Below the pieces are notes generated by a model that was not told where the DNA came from, did no database searches, and was given only the letters and a program-made list of their open reading frames with translations. A stretch of 62,890 nucleotides of DNA, counting the filler, from Rhabdomonas costata (Eukaryota), in assembly GCA_019059605.1 (NCBI GenBank). It is 55 parts of 55 records of this genome, joined end to end, with 100 filler letters (N's around TTAATTAATTAA, not from the genome) between each part and the next. Parts side by side here need not be neighbours in the genome. Positions count along the whole stretch, not along the records: positions 10,314 to 11,359 come from JAHMHO010031578.1; positions 11,460 to 12,505 come from JAHMHO010031579.1; positions 12,606 to 13,651 come from JAHMHO010031580.1; positions 13,752 to 14,797 come from JAHMHO010031581.1; positions 14,898 to 15,943 come from JAHMHO010031582.1; positions 16,044 to 17,089 come from JAHMHO010031583.1; positions 17,190 to 18,236 come from JAHMHO010031584.1; positions 18,337 to 19,382 come from JAHMHO010031585.1; 47 more parts are not named here. One strand, 5' to 3'. Shown piece after piece: positions 11,090 to 23,218 of this stretch (position 1 is its first letter; the number at the start of each line of letters is the position of its first letter). The translations under genes were made by a program, and so were the position numbers.

Positions 11090-14000
11090 CTTTTGAAGCA
11101 TACCAGACAATACCACACTTTTTCCTTCTGGGCACCACACTTTTTTCTTCTTTCTAGGACCCCGCTTTCCTGAAGACTGTTCAACCACGCTTGACTGAAG
11201 TTCTGAGGGTACAAAACTGCACAAGCGCCCTCCGAAACAACAGCAGTAACCTTTGACCCCTCACTTCAAATTTTGAGTAACCTCTACCTTGAACCTCTAC
11301 CTTAGCATTCGCCAAACTCTTCAAAGATAGCACAGCAATGACCGATTTCCACAGGTAAANNNNNNNNNNNNNNNNNNNNNNNNNNNNNNNNNNNNNNNNN
11401 NNNTTAATTAATTAANNNNNNNNNNNNNNNNNNNNNNNNNNNNNNNNNNNNNNNNNNNNGGGTGGTTGGGTACTGAGAGAGGGGGAAAGAGACGTTTCCA
11501 GCCCCGGGCTATTACTCGTGAAGTTTGCTGTGGTGAGTGCACCCTTGTGGCTAAGGATACCTTCAACGTCACTGTGCTCGAGGCACTTACGGCAGGCGGT
11601 GCTTCATACAAAATTCAAAACCTCTGTGGGTCCCCTGGAACTGTATGCAAGAATACATGAACCCATTTCGTTTCATTTTTGTATGCCGTGCATTTGCATT
11701 TACGGCGCCTTAACGGCATCGCTTTAATCGACTTTAGCAAGTGCGCCACGTAAATATGAAAAATATTCACAGAATTTGGGTGGTTGTGACTCACAGAATG
11801 GGAAGGGCCTGTTCTGTTTGAGCCCGTGCTTTCGTTGGTTTGTTAGGATTGCGTCGTCTGGAATGGGGTGTGGAGGGAAGTAGTAGACGCTTGCGAATTC
11901 GGTGGAACCCTGCTGTGTGATCCCTAGCATGGAGGGCGATGCAAGTGTCCCCTGAAATAAGACTTCCGAAAGAAGACTTCGCAGAGGGTTGGAGGGATTG
12001 ATGGATTGATGGTTGGAGGGATTCCTATGCACTAGTTTGCTGGAGATCAGGTTTTGCGAGGACGTGATGGTAGGTTTCTTCGGCTTTTGTTTTCTAGCGA
12101 TCATTAGGAGTACCTGATAATAGGCCGAGACCTGGAAGACTATTTGCCGTGTTCCAGGTCGGGAGGGCGCTGGAAGGCCAGGCACATGATGGCCGGAGAA
12201 CCCACGAAACTTCGGGCGCTAACCCAATGAGGCTAGACCCCACCACCGATAGACCTGTCCATTGCTCAACCAAACCTCCCACCGACACCCTGCCTCCCGC
12301 TGGCTCCTTCTTTCATTCCTCGCAGCCAAGGCTGTGTCTGTGTACACAGCCCTTCTTCTGGTTCAGCAGGATCTGTTCTTTTCCTCCATATACTACTTGT
12401 CCTTGATCGGAGGAGATTGAACATGTCTCAAGCCCCATGGGGTGGCTTCACCTCTGGCCTGCTGGGAGGCTCAGACCTACCCTCCCCCTCCATCTACCAC
12501 ACACCNNNNNNNNNNNNNNNNNNNNNNNNNNNNNNNNNNNNNNNNNNNNTTAATTAATTAANNNNNNNNNNNNNNNNNNNNNNNNNNNNNNNNNNNNNNN
12601 NNNNNCGGGGGTTGTAATGAAGGCACCAAACAAAACTTTGAAATTCGTCAGCCAAAAGTTCGGACAAAAAACGATCAGCACAATGGAACCGATCACCGCG
12701 ATTTCGGCACGTGTAGAAAAATTGTAGAAAAATGGGTATTGTGATTTTCACTGTATCCAAAACTTAATTATTGACGGACATTTTTGCCATTTTATGAGGT
12801 AAGCTCGAAAATGCTGGCATATGTGAAAAACGTTGTGACCGCTACCCTACTCACTTGGAATCGGGTCCTTTTGCATAAATAATGTATGAAGACTTTTGAA
12901 AAAATATAAAAATTGATTTTAGTTGACCGTTTAATTATAAAACGATGACGCGGTATAACGGCAATTCCACTAAAAAAATTTATCAACCCATGTGTTGACA
13001 ATAGTTGCTAAAATCAGAACAGCTACTCATGTCCTGTACATTTTTCTGGATTGATGTCGGTTTTGTTGTTTTTTTTTTGGTTATCCGGTCATTCTGGGGA
13101 GTGATGCACCCACGCTCCTCTCCCCCTTTGTTCCTCGTTATGGTTGCCCTCGCGTGGACCCGGGCAAGGGGAGACGTTCTGTGAATCTTTTGTGGAAGTT
13201 TCAAAACCCATGGATGTGTGCAGCTAGCATGTGAACTGAACAACCTTTCTCAGTGGAAACAAGTCAAAATAATCCAGAAACGCCGTTTGATTCCATATTT
13301 CTCTCCTTAAAAGAATTTCTCGGGCGCAAGAAAAAGTGCAAGCATCGCCTCTTGCCACACGTGGCCGATAGGCAGACTTTGGGCCTCAGGCGGGTACAGC
13401 CACCATGTAGAGGGGGTCCCGCAACTTGCCCTTTCTAGCGCAGTCGCGCAGTCCCACACGCGCACCATTGTACAACTCGCCCACCCATAGCTGGGCCAGC
13501 TGTATAAAAATGCCCCTGGCCGAGGGCCCCCTGGACACCATATATATAAGGCAAATAATTCCCAAACTTTCCGGCACTCCTTGCCCCAGGGCTCGATCTG
13601 ACCCTACTACATTCCCCTCTCTATGAAATCGCTTCTTGCATCATGACCTTANNNNNNNNNNNNNNNNNNNNNNNNNNNNNNNNNNNNNNNNNNNNTTAAT
13701 TAATTAANNNNNNNNNNNNNNNNNNNNNNNNNNNNNNNNNNNNNNNNNNNNCAGCTGTACCCGAGTTGTTTGCAAGGCGCATTCTTGGATCATGTATTTT
13801 TTGACTTCTTCCCTCCGGTCAGTGGCAGTGAAAAATCAAACGGAGTGGTCATCAAAGACGAAAATAATGTTGAATTGAACCAATCCAACGGAAAACATGC
13901 CCCCTCTCCAACCACCCCGTTCTCGGCGGGGTGGTTGGGTACTGAGTGTAAGCATTTTTTTCGGTGGACCCCCCATTTGGTCTTTTTCGTGCCGGAAAGG

Positions 14001-16274
14001 GGAAAGCCGCTTTTATATCTTGTCTGCTCTTGCGTCCTTACCGCCCTGCGCAACACCCCCCTCTTTCTCCTCCGCTGTGCCCTTCGGCCATGGCTGTCCC
14101 GGACGTGCGGCTTTCCTGCCGGAAGCCGCTGACTGTGAGCTCTCGCCCGTGCCGTTTCTCGCTGCAGCCGACCTGCAGCCCCCGCGACCGAGTGTGACGA
14201 GTGTGACCCTGTGAGTGATTCACCTTAGGGTGACGGAACGAACCATGGCATCTGCAGGTGATCAACAGAACGCATCCCTTCGAGTGACCGAAACCGTGCT
14301 TATGCCGGTGGAGGGAACTATCGGTGAGCGTAAGCGCGTAGCCGTTGGAGCGAACCATGGGTGAGCGTAACCATCCTTACGGTGGTGGAGCGAACCATCA
14401 ACATCAACCACCATCATCCTTACCCTGAGTTGGAGGAACAGGAGGCTGAAGTGTCGAGTGTGACGACTGTTACGCCATCAACCCCTCTCTGTATCGGCAT
14501 CTCAACGTCAGTTCAACGTCAGGGTTAGCATCGTACGCATCATCCCTACATTGGAAGGTGGAGGGTACGCTTATACCGTTGGGCTTCACGTCTCTCTCCC
14601 TTCTTCACCGTTACGCTACGGTCTCACTCCCTCTACCGTTATCAGCAAACAGCATCACAGGTTCCCTTCTGCCTCTTTACCCTGCATGTCGGTCTCGGCG
14701 ACCTCCACTACGGATCAAGGCCTCAGGTGGGAAAGCAACCTCTGCCTGGATGCTACGGTGCTCCTCTTCCTCTGAGGCATCGTGTCCCTAGGCAGTGNNN
14801 NNNNNNNNNNNNNNNNNNNNNNNNNNNNNNNNNNNNNNNNNTTAATTAATTAANNNNNNNNNNNNNNNNNNNNNNNNNNNNNNNNNNNNNNNNNNNNGTT
14901 TTGGGGACTTTTGCCGACTTGGGACTTTGCAAGCGCGGTGAAAGAGGAAGTCATGGTTTTCTTTTTGCCTTTGTTCGCGTCACTCCGTCTCTTGGAGAGG
15001 GGCCGGGGCTGAATATCGAGTGCTTTTCCCGCTTTTATTGCTTGCGATTTTACATCGGGTGTGCCGTGCGTACGGGCAGGTTATTGTTTGTCGCCGTTGT
15101 GGTTTCTGCGTCGTAGCGGGACGCTGGTTGCTGGCTTCTTCTTTCCTGGGATCACCGCAGAATCACCTCAGAAGCGATTTGTGTCTCTTATTACGGCAGT
15201 GCTTTTTCTTAGCTCTATTTACCCCGCGACATCCAGTGACCTTTCTACGCCATCCTTTATGTCTAGCTCTGCGAAAGCAGAATCCCCTGACCCACTCCCT
15301 CGGGTGCTACACCTGGCCTACGCCTTCCCTGATGAGCTTCCTTCAGAGGTTGTCAAGCCCGACATCGCGCTTTGGATCGACCAGTGCACAAGTGACGCTT
15401 CGGAAGGTTGTTTAACTTCTTACCTCTGCTGTTTGGGCCTTTGTTTTCGGAACGGACTGTCTTTCTCTCTGACAATTGCATTCTTTTTCGTGCATACTTT
15501 TGTGTAAGCGTGCACGAAAAAGAGCAGACTTGGCCGCCGAAAAACGGCGAGAAATCGAAACAGAAAATTCGATTTGCCTTTCCATTAAAAGAAGTAGGGA
15601 AATTGGTAGGTGTAAGTAAAGCTTTGGAAGCGGAAAAAGTTGTCCAGTGTTGCCCGCTACATGGATAAAACTTATCTTTTGCCGATGCCTCAGGTAGGAT
15701 CACCCATGTGGTTCATAATTAACTCAGGGGTATCCATTGGAAATAAACTGTGTCGCGCAATTATGAAAAACGCGTGACTTTCTGCCAGAGTGCTGTGATT
15801 CACAATCGTGAAAAGGGTGTGCTGGAACCCTGGGTGAGCAAACACAACACAGCTTCGCACCTTCGCACCTTCTCCGCCGTTTGGCACCCCCTGCAAGTAT
15901 TCTGTCGTGCACTTCCAGGTGAATCCCGAATCCCCAACAACCCNNNNNNNNNNNNNNNNNNNNNNNNNNNNNNNNNNNNNNNNNNNNTTAATTAATTAAN
16001 NNNNNNNNNNNNNNNNNNNNNNNNNNNNNNNNNNNNNNNNNNNTGTGTTAAGTGTGTTTGGGTTTGTGGTTCTGCCTAACTCAGAGTGCGTAACTCAGAA
16101 CCACGTCACAAACACGCATACACACGCACGTCTGTTTCTCACCGAGAGACATAAAACTCTTCCATGAGTCATTGCGATTCGGACCCAATCTTTCTGTTGG
16201 ACAGATTCTGCATCTCTTTTCTCCAATATTGGGCAAGTTCGTGGCTCCATGGCACTTATGGACTTTTTGTCCAG

Positions 16275-16760
16275 GTGTCCTTTGAGGAGAACTTCACCAA
16301 CATGCGGAGATCCATGGAATCCCCTCTGGGGAGCACAGCTGTGACCATCGCAAACCCGCAGACCAAAGAGTTCCAGGTATGTTTTTTTGTGAAGAGACCA
16401 ACAGATACCAGAATTCAAGCCCTTTTCTCCGTCTCCCCCTTTTCTCCAAGCAGCCCATTCGATTTAGGAGAAATGAAAAAAGGAAAGTCTGTTCCAAAAG
16501 CCTTTTCTTTTTTTATTTTCATTTCTCACTAGGCTCTCATTGTTTTTACTTCTCAGTCTAGAGGAGGGAAAATGCGACGAAAATATGGGGTGAGGTTCCT
16601 GCGCTTTCCCCTTCTTTGGTGTGTTACAGATGGTGCGGCAGTCGCTAATTCCTGGGCTGATGAAGACGCTGTACGCTTCTCGTGCGAACCCAGTTCCCAT
16701 TCAGCTCTTCGAGGTGAGCGATGTCTTGTTCGTGGACCCTTCAAAGGACGTGGGAGCCAG
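16275..16760 (+). CDS. FARSB: Cytosolic phenylalanyl-tRNA synthetase beta subunit, two exons (16275-16376, 16630-16760)
   Basis: AVTIANPQTKEFQ|MVRQSLIPGLMKTL..PIQLFEVSDV..DVGAR matches the eukaryotic PheRS-beta core. GT-AG intron 16377-16629. Confidence 0.93.
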
Positions 16761-17195
16761 GTGCCAGGAGATCATCCCCCCCTTTCCCTGTTGCCTCAGC
16801 GAAGTTCTTGCATTGGGATGAACCCAAAACACAATCGAAGTTTCAGTCATGTCAAAGTTCTCCATTAGCGGGTGCGAACTCAAAGGGTCCAGTCGTGTTT
16901 ACAAGGCTATGTAACCAGATGGCCACTGGATGGGTTCGCCTGTTTTTGAGTTGGACTGAAACCACCAGCGGACAGATAGTATACGGGCGCAAGGCGTTCC
17001 CAAGGCGTTAGCACCCTCACCCCAGGAAAAATGCGCTTCGGACCCCTCTTTGCATCTGTGGCAATGTTTTCGCTACAAAAACCAACCAANNNNNNNNNNN
17101 NNNNNNNNNNNNNNNNNNNNNNNNNNNNNNNNNTTAATTAATTAANNNNNNNNNNNNNNNNNNNNNNNNNNNNNNNNNNNNNNNNNNNNGGGGGG

Positions 17196-17343
17196 GTGTC
17201 CTTGTGCTGCTTGTTCTGCACACCTGTTGGTTTTTTGGCGCACACTCTCACCCCAATGCCCTTCGTGTCGTCCAGCACGAACAGCAGCACCGCGAACGCG
17301 CCAAAAAACCAACAGGTGTGCAGAACAAGCAGCACAAGGACAC
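17196..17343. repeat. Perfect 46-bp inverted repeat at contig start (probable WGA fold-back)
   Basis: 17196-17241 is the reverse complement of 17298-17343. Confidence 0.9.
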
Positions 17344-19189
17344 GCCACAGCACACCGCGCCAAGGCGCCATGTGTGTGTGTGTGCTTTTGACTGCCTAAT
17401 GACTGTGGTGTGCTTTGGCTTAGCCCCTTCTAACACGCGCACTTCAGGGTGTGTGTGAGTGTGTGTGCGCGCGCGGGCGTGTGTGAGCCCTTTGGCCTTC
17501 CACAGCTTTCTTCTTCTGCGGAGTGCGTAGGAGAAAGGTGAGCACAGCAACAGCCAAAAAGTGCGAATCAAGGCAAAGGCGCGCTAAACACCGCACGTCT
17601 TACAATACACCGCTCCACAGCCCAAACCTTCAAAAAACTTCTGGCGAGGCACCCCTACAACCAAAGCACAAACGAATGCAAGAAAAAGATTTTAAACACA
17701 CCACACTTCAACCCACTGCGTTACGCAATTATCAACCTCCTATTCCAACACGTCAGGTCAAAAAGCCAAAAATCACTTCCAAAGCTCTTTTTGATTCGGG
17801 GTCTCGATGTAGAAGGTCCATTCTCGACCATCACCGCATGATCCTCGGAAATTCTTTGCTCCACCGTGTTCTCCTCGTTGAACTCTTTCACGATAGTTCC
17901 TGTACGATTGCAAACTCCTCCGCTTTCAACTTTCTAATTGCGATTTGATTTCTTTTCCCGCCGCTCCCTGTTTCCTACTGAGCCTCCGGCGCTCGAACTC
18001 TGCAAAAACCACCTCTCTCACCTCGATTTCTTTGCTGTTTTCTCTTCCCATTGCTTTCCTTCGTCTTACGAACCTGAAATCTTCTGAAAACTCCGCTTCT
18101 TCCTTTTGGCTGCCATTCTCTTTGTCTCCTGGCTTCTGTTTTGCTCGGCTTTTTGCTCAAACTCCGCCTTTTGACTGCTGCTACTGCTGGATCTTTTGCT
18201 TCTCTTTTGCTCCCTCCCTTTTTATGCCTGCTTCTCNNNNNNNNNNNNNNNNNNNNNNNNNNNNNNNNNNNNNNNNNNNNTTAATTAATTAANNNNNNNN
18301 NNNNNNNNNNNNNNNNNNNNNNNNNNNNNNNNNNNNTTGTGTTGGGTTGGGGTGTTGATGCAAATTGCTAATCGATAGAGCTAACGGGATTCATCGAGTC
18401 TGCGTTCCAGCCTTTTTTTCGCTTCGTTTGCGGAGAGTCGACTGGCTACTCTGGATTGGGGGGCCGGGGTTAGGTGACGGTGCCTGCGCAGACGTTTCCA
18501 CGGTTGCTATCTTTGTACAAGGGAAGCGTTGCTGCAGCCCAGTCTGCGAAACAAGGGTCAGCAAGGGCAGGACTGTAAGTAGTAGAAGCTCCCGCCTTGA
18601 GGCAGTCACCGTGAGTAGTAGCAAGAAGTTGCAAGGCGGTTGGGAGGATCGGGGACAAAAACCGTTTGCACGTGACGCTTTGCTAGATTGCTGTCATGTG
18701 CAGGTTTGTTTCACTGATGATGGTCCTTTTTGTTTGCCTCGCGTGCATGAGGGAGACGAAAGCGCAACCACCACAGGAAAAGCGAGCGCTTTAGTATTAA
18801 CGGTGTCTAAGTTCCACAAAACACAAACAAGCAATTTACAGGGATAACTCAAGGTTAATGGCTTACAGGGAGATAGGTGCACCTGCACCGCGGACACTAA
18901 CACCCCGCCTGCTGGGGCATAGGGCTGGAGTGTTGTGCAAACAAAATCCATAGGACAGAAGAACGGGATGGAGAGAGGAGAGGAAGAGGGAGTGGTGGCT
19001 ATGGAGAAGGAGCCATTTAGAAAAGCTACAAATGCTGTGGCTTCGCTTGGGCTGCCGCGTTTTTCGCCGTACGGTTTCCACTTGAAGTGGGGACGAGAGC
19101 TCTTTAATGTCGCTTGCTGGTAAACCGAGCCGCCCCCCGCCCCCCAGTGTTTTTTCTGCCTCTCACAAACCTGTTTTCCACGGATGCAG

Positions 19190-19286
19190 GTGCGACAACA
19201 TGCTTGTCCAGACCAACGGTGTGGTGAAGCTCGCTGACTTCGGGCAGTCCAAGGAAGCCTTCCTAATGCGCACAGTGACTGGAACG
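19190..19286 (+). CDS. Ser/Thr protein kinase exon (subdomains VIb-VIII, STE11/MAP3K-like)
   Basis: CDNMLVQTNGVVKLADFGQSKEAFLMRTVTGT, between a tgcag acceptor and a GTATGT donor. Confidence 0.9.
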
Positions 19287-20012
19287 GTATGTATGGGGTT
19301 GTTTTCTACCATGTTCCACGGCTGATGACGCCTTGCTGAAGGACTTATATGAGTGTGGGTGCCAGCGTAAACGTAATGCCGTNNNNNNNNNNNNNNNNNN
19401 NNNNNNNNNNNNNNNNNNNNNNNNNNTTAATTAATTAANNNNNNNNNNNNNNNNNNNNNNNNNNNNNNNNNNNNNNNNNNNNGGTTTTGTGGTGCTCTTT
19501 TTGCCATTTTTCTGCTTTCCTGACCTTCCATGTGCAGTTAAGGTGACGAAACGTTTGCGGTTTGCGATGTTGAATCGGTGGAGCTATTTTTTTGTTTCTC
19601 TTCGTGGTTTTTGTTCGCATATTGTGAATTTTCAGAATCAGATTTCGTTCACTTCGCAAACTTTTGTTTCGCCAAAGAGGAAGACAGGAAGCAAACTCGT
19701 CTCGTAACCAGAAGCCAGGCCATGGTCCAGCACAAAGTGGTGCCGTGGCCCTAGCATATTTCGAAACATGTTTCTGGGGTGGATGGGAGAGGGTTCCGGA
19801 ACACAAGGGGCAGTTTGTAATGCGATCGGTATGGGGAGAGTCAAGGTGAAAGCGGGAAACATCAGTTTTACCGATTTATGTTCCGTGTATTCACCTTTAG
19901 GGTTTTCTTGGTGACACTTGCCATCTGGCTCGCCTCAGTAACTCTGCGTTGAAGCAGGCTGTGATGCAATCGTTGAATGCACTTTGCCATTTTTTCCTCG
20001 GACCCTCTTCAG

Positions 20013-20527
20013 CTGATCCCCGTCCCAGCCCAAACGTCCTATTGCAATCTGGTTCGGAAGGACCTGCTGTTCAAGTAAAACGACTTTGTCAACTACACCG
20101 ATACCTGAACAGAACTGACGGGACATCCCAGACGTCCTCCGCTGACATGGATGGCCCTGAAATGTTTTACTCGAAGTTTTGGCGATCTCTTGGGGAGCTG
20201 CTGAGTAGAGTCGAACAGCGTGGGATGCACATTGAGCTTGACCGCCTGGAGAAGCTCCGGAAGAGCACAGGCAACTCGCAGAAACTGGACGGTTTCTTTC
20301 GATCCTGTGTTTCCGGCCTCTATACGCGGCTTCACTGCACTCTGAATTTGGGCTCGCGCACCGGACGTGTCAAGTCGGAAAACCCAGATCTTTGGAGCCC
20401 TCAGCTTTCCCAGCATCGCCACGTTCTCACTGCTCCGCCTGGAAAACGTCTCGTGGTGGCGAGCTACCATCAGCTAATGTTTCGCTTTTTGGCGCATTTC
20501 TCGGGCTGTCTTCAGTTGCGTGGCATG
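20013..20527 (+). CDS. Family A DNA polymerase (POP-like) homologue, predicted catalytically inactive, thumb largely deleted
   Basis: FYSKFWRSLGELLSRVEQRGM, RLHCTLNLGSRTGRVKSENPDL and LTAPPGKRLVVASYHQLMFRFLAHFSGC align with POP FY..W.PFGELL..ME..G, RVHCSLNINTETGRLS..PNL and APG..LIVADYGQLELRILAH..C. Confidence 0.8.
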
Positions 20528-20837
20528 NNNNNNNNNNNNNNNNNNNNNNNNNNNNNNNNNNNNNNNNNNNNTTAATTAATTAANNNNNNNNNNNNNNNNN
20601 NNNNNNNNNNNNNNNNNNNNNNNNNNNCCAATTAAGCTTGATTTTTGTTTTATGGATTGTTGAATTTGTGGGCTTTCTGTTTTCCTTTGAAACGCCGGGT
20701 CACAGCCCCTTTCCTTTGAGTTGTTTCTTCTTTCAATGTTTGACGAACCGAGCTGTACGGTTGAACCGACAAATTTTGGATTTACTGTAGCTCCTAGCGC
20801 TTGTACATCAGATTTTTTGTTGATCCTGCAAACCTCC

Positions 20838-21668
20838 CTCGTCAACACCTCATTCACCACCTGCACTTTGCCTGAAAACGTCCAAGGGCCTGGCGGCATG
20901 GAAACGAAATCCATTGAAATGGATTCCAATTTCCTCACGGGAACCTCCAACACCTGTGTATGGCCTCTTGGCAAATGGTGGTCCGCTTTGCATCTCTGAC
21001 ACACATCACAGGTACGCTCATAATCTCGCACCTTTCTCTTGATGTTCTTGAACGTGTAAGTGCGCTTAATCAAGGCGGCCGTCATGGACACTCCACAATT
21101 CCCTGCTGCGGGATAATCGTGGTACCGCAAAATAACCTCTAAATCCCTCTGGAAATGTACCACAATCTTCCCCAGATCCCAAAGTGTACCACAATGCCAC
21201 TTTGTAGGGTCCAACAACTCTGCAGTGGTCAAGTTGAAATACCTCTTCCGCACTACTGGGTCAAGCCAGTAGTTGGCCCACCAATCCTCTGGCTGCCACC
21301 CTTAAAGGTGAATAGAGCTGTTCATCGAACCTCAACGTCGCCAAACTCAACAAACACTCCATCTCTGGAAATCCCAGACTCGCCTCGTCCACTGGGTGCC
21401 TAGACAAGGCATCCGCAGCGACATTTTGCCTTCCGGGAATGTGGGCGATCTGCAAAGTACCTCTGCAATCTCTCCAACCACCGCACTTGCCTTGGCGAAG
21501 TCCGGGGTTCTTCTGCAAATAGCTTAACGCCGAGTTGTCCGCTTGAACTCTGACATCTGAACCCAGCAAGTAATGTCTCCATTGTTCCAACGTGTATGCC
21601 AACGCTAGCATCTCCTTCTCGTGCACTGGGTAGTTTTTCTCTGCAGTGGACAGCTTTCTGGAACAACA
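20838..21668 (-). mobile_element. Decayed Ty3/Gypsy pol fragment (RNase H, integrase zinc-binding domain, start of core)
   Basis: SRKLSTAEKNYPVHEKEMLAL..WRHYLLG..DNSAL, HIPGRQNVAADALSR, HD..AGN.G..CDVCQRCK and SISMDFV. Frameshifts present. Confidence 0.93.
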
Positions 21669-22920
21669 AACCCANNNNNNNNNNNNNNNNNNNNNNNNNN
21701 NNNNNNNNNNNNNNNNNNTTAATTAATTAANNNNNNNNNNNNNNNNNNNNNNNNNNNNNNNNNNNNNNNNNNNNTTTGTCATTGTGTCAGGTTTTTGTGG
21801 CCAGTTTACCTCGTCCAGTATACTACCGAGGCATTGCCCGCGCATTGTTCCAGAACTGGGACGTTCTGGGTGGAATAAGGCTTGCTTCTAAATCACAGCT
21901 TACTAACCAACAGATTTCCATTAGCACCTCAACCACACAATTGATGGGATGTATTTCCTCACTGAGCACGTCCTTTCGAGGGTGTTTATCCATATTTTAA
22001 TGCAGTCACTTTCACAGCTTTTCGGAGCGGTGGAATTTTCGTTGGATTTACTGTGATGAGACGGTGTGCTAGGCGGTGGGCGGCGGTGCCATCGTGATGG
22101 GTGATGCTCTGTGATGCCATTTCCCGGTGCGCTAGGCGGCATGGTGGTCGGCTGTGCCTCTTGTGTCTTCTTCCCTTGTGTGGGCGGGTGCGCCGTTATG
22201 TGCCGTTTTGTGGGAGTCAGGGGTCGGTATTGGGCCGCGGTGGTCGCAGGGCATCTAGGGAAAGACTGGTGTTCTAAGGCACGCGCCCTTGGGCCCCCAT
22301 GGCAATCAGACAACTCAGACGTAAGTCTTGTCGTTGTAGAAAAGCACAACAGTTAAGGGTCTGCTGATTCTTGCCTCGGACCGGTTCCGGCCACCGGGGT
22401 ACCGTAAAGGGGCTTTTGGCGTCGGGCTGCCGTCGACGTCGGACCAAGACGCCTGAAGGCGAAGAACCGCAGCACCAGCACAAGGTAGCAGCAGTAGCGA
22501 AAGAACATTCCCCAAAGGTTGCACGCGGGATGTCTTGGCTCACAGCTTTTCGAGATCGAAGGAAACCCACCCGCCACACTTGGTTCCGCACGCTTGCTTG
22601 AAAACACGAACCGCTTTGTCTGAAAGGAGTGGGCGGGTGATTGAGGGTAGATAAGGGACACGCCGAACGGAGACAACACGCAAATTACGAGGATATAAGT
22701 ATGAGGAGAAAAACGCGCGCCCCCTTGGGAAAAGGCCCACCCGACATGATTCGGCGTAGTTCTTAGAATTTGGGACAGAAGCCGAAAACGAGAACCCAGC
22801 ACCCTGGCGCACCAACCACANNNNNNNNNNNNNNNNNNNNNNNNNNNNNNNNNNNNNNNNNNNNTTAATTAATTAANNNNNNNNNNNNNNNNNNNNNNNN
22901 NNNNNNNNNNNNNNNNNNNN

Positions 22921-23218
22921 GTGGTTGTGGCAGGCACAGACAGATTCCGCCATAGCACCCGCTGCTGTCTCGCATGGGGCCTCGGCTGAGGAGACGGCAG
23001 CCAAGGAGACGGCGGCCAAGGAGACGGCAGCGGCAAAGGCTGCGTTCGTGGAGTGGCTGAGGAAGTGCGGTGTGTGTGTACAGGTGCTTACCCGCGAGTA
23101 CATTCAGGGCAAGGCCCAGGCCTTCGCCGAAAAGATGCCGCAGCAGCCCACAAAGCTGAGCCGAGACAACATCGAGGCGGTGCACTCCTACACTATGGAG
23201 ACTGAGATTTACAAAGAG
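22921..23218 (+). CDS. Probable NAD(+)-arginine ADP-ribosyltransferase-like protein exon, preceded by ETAAK repeats
   Basis: LSRDNIEAVHSYTMETEIYKE resembles the L...E..A...YT.E..LY..LN..LR helix of ART-family domains. GT donor at 23219. Confidence 0.5.
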
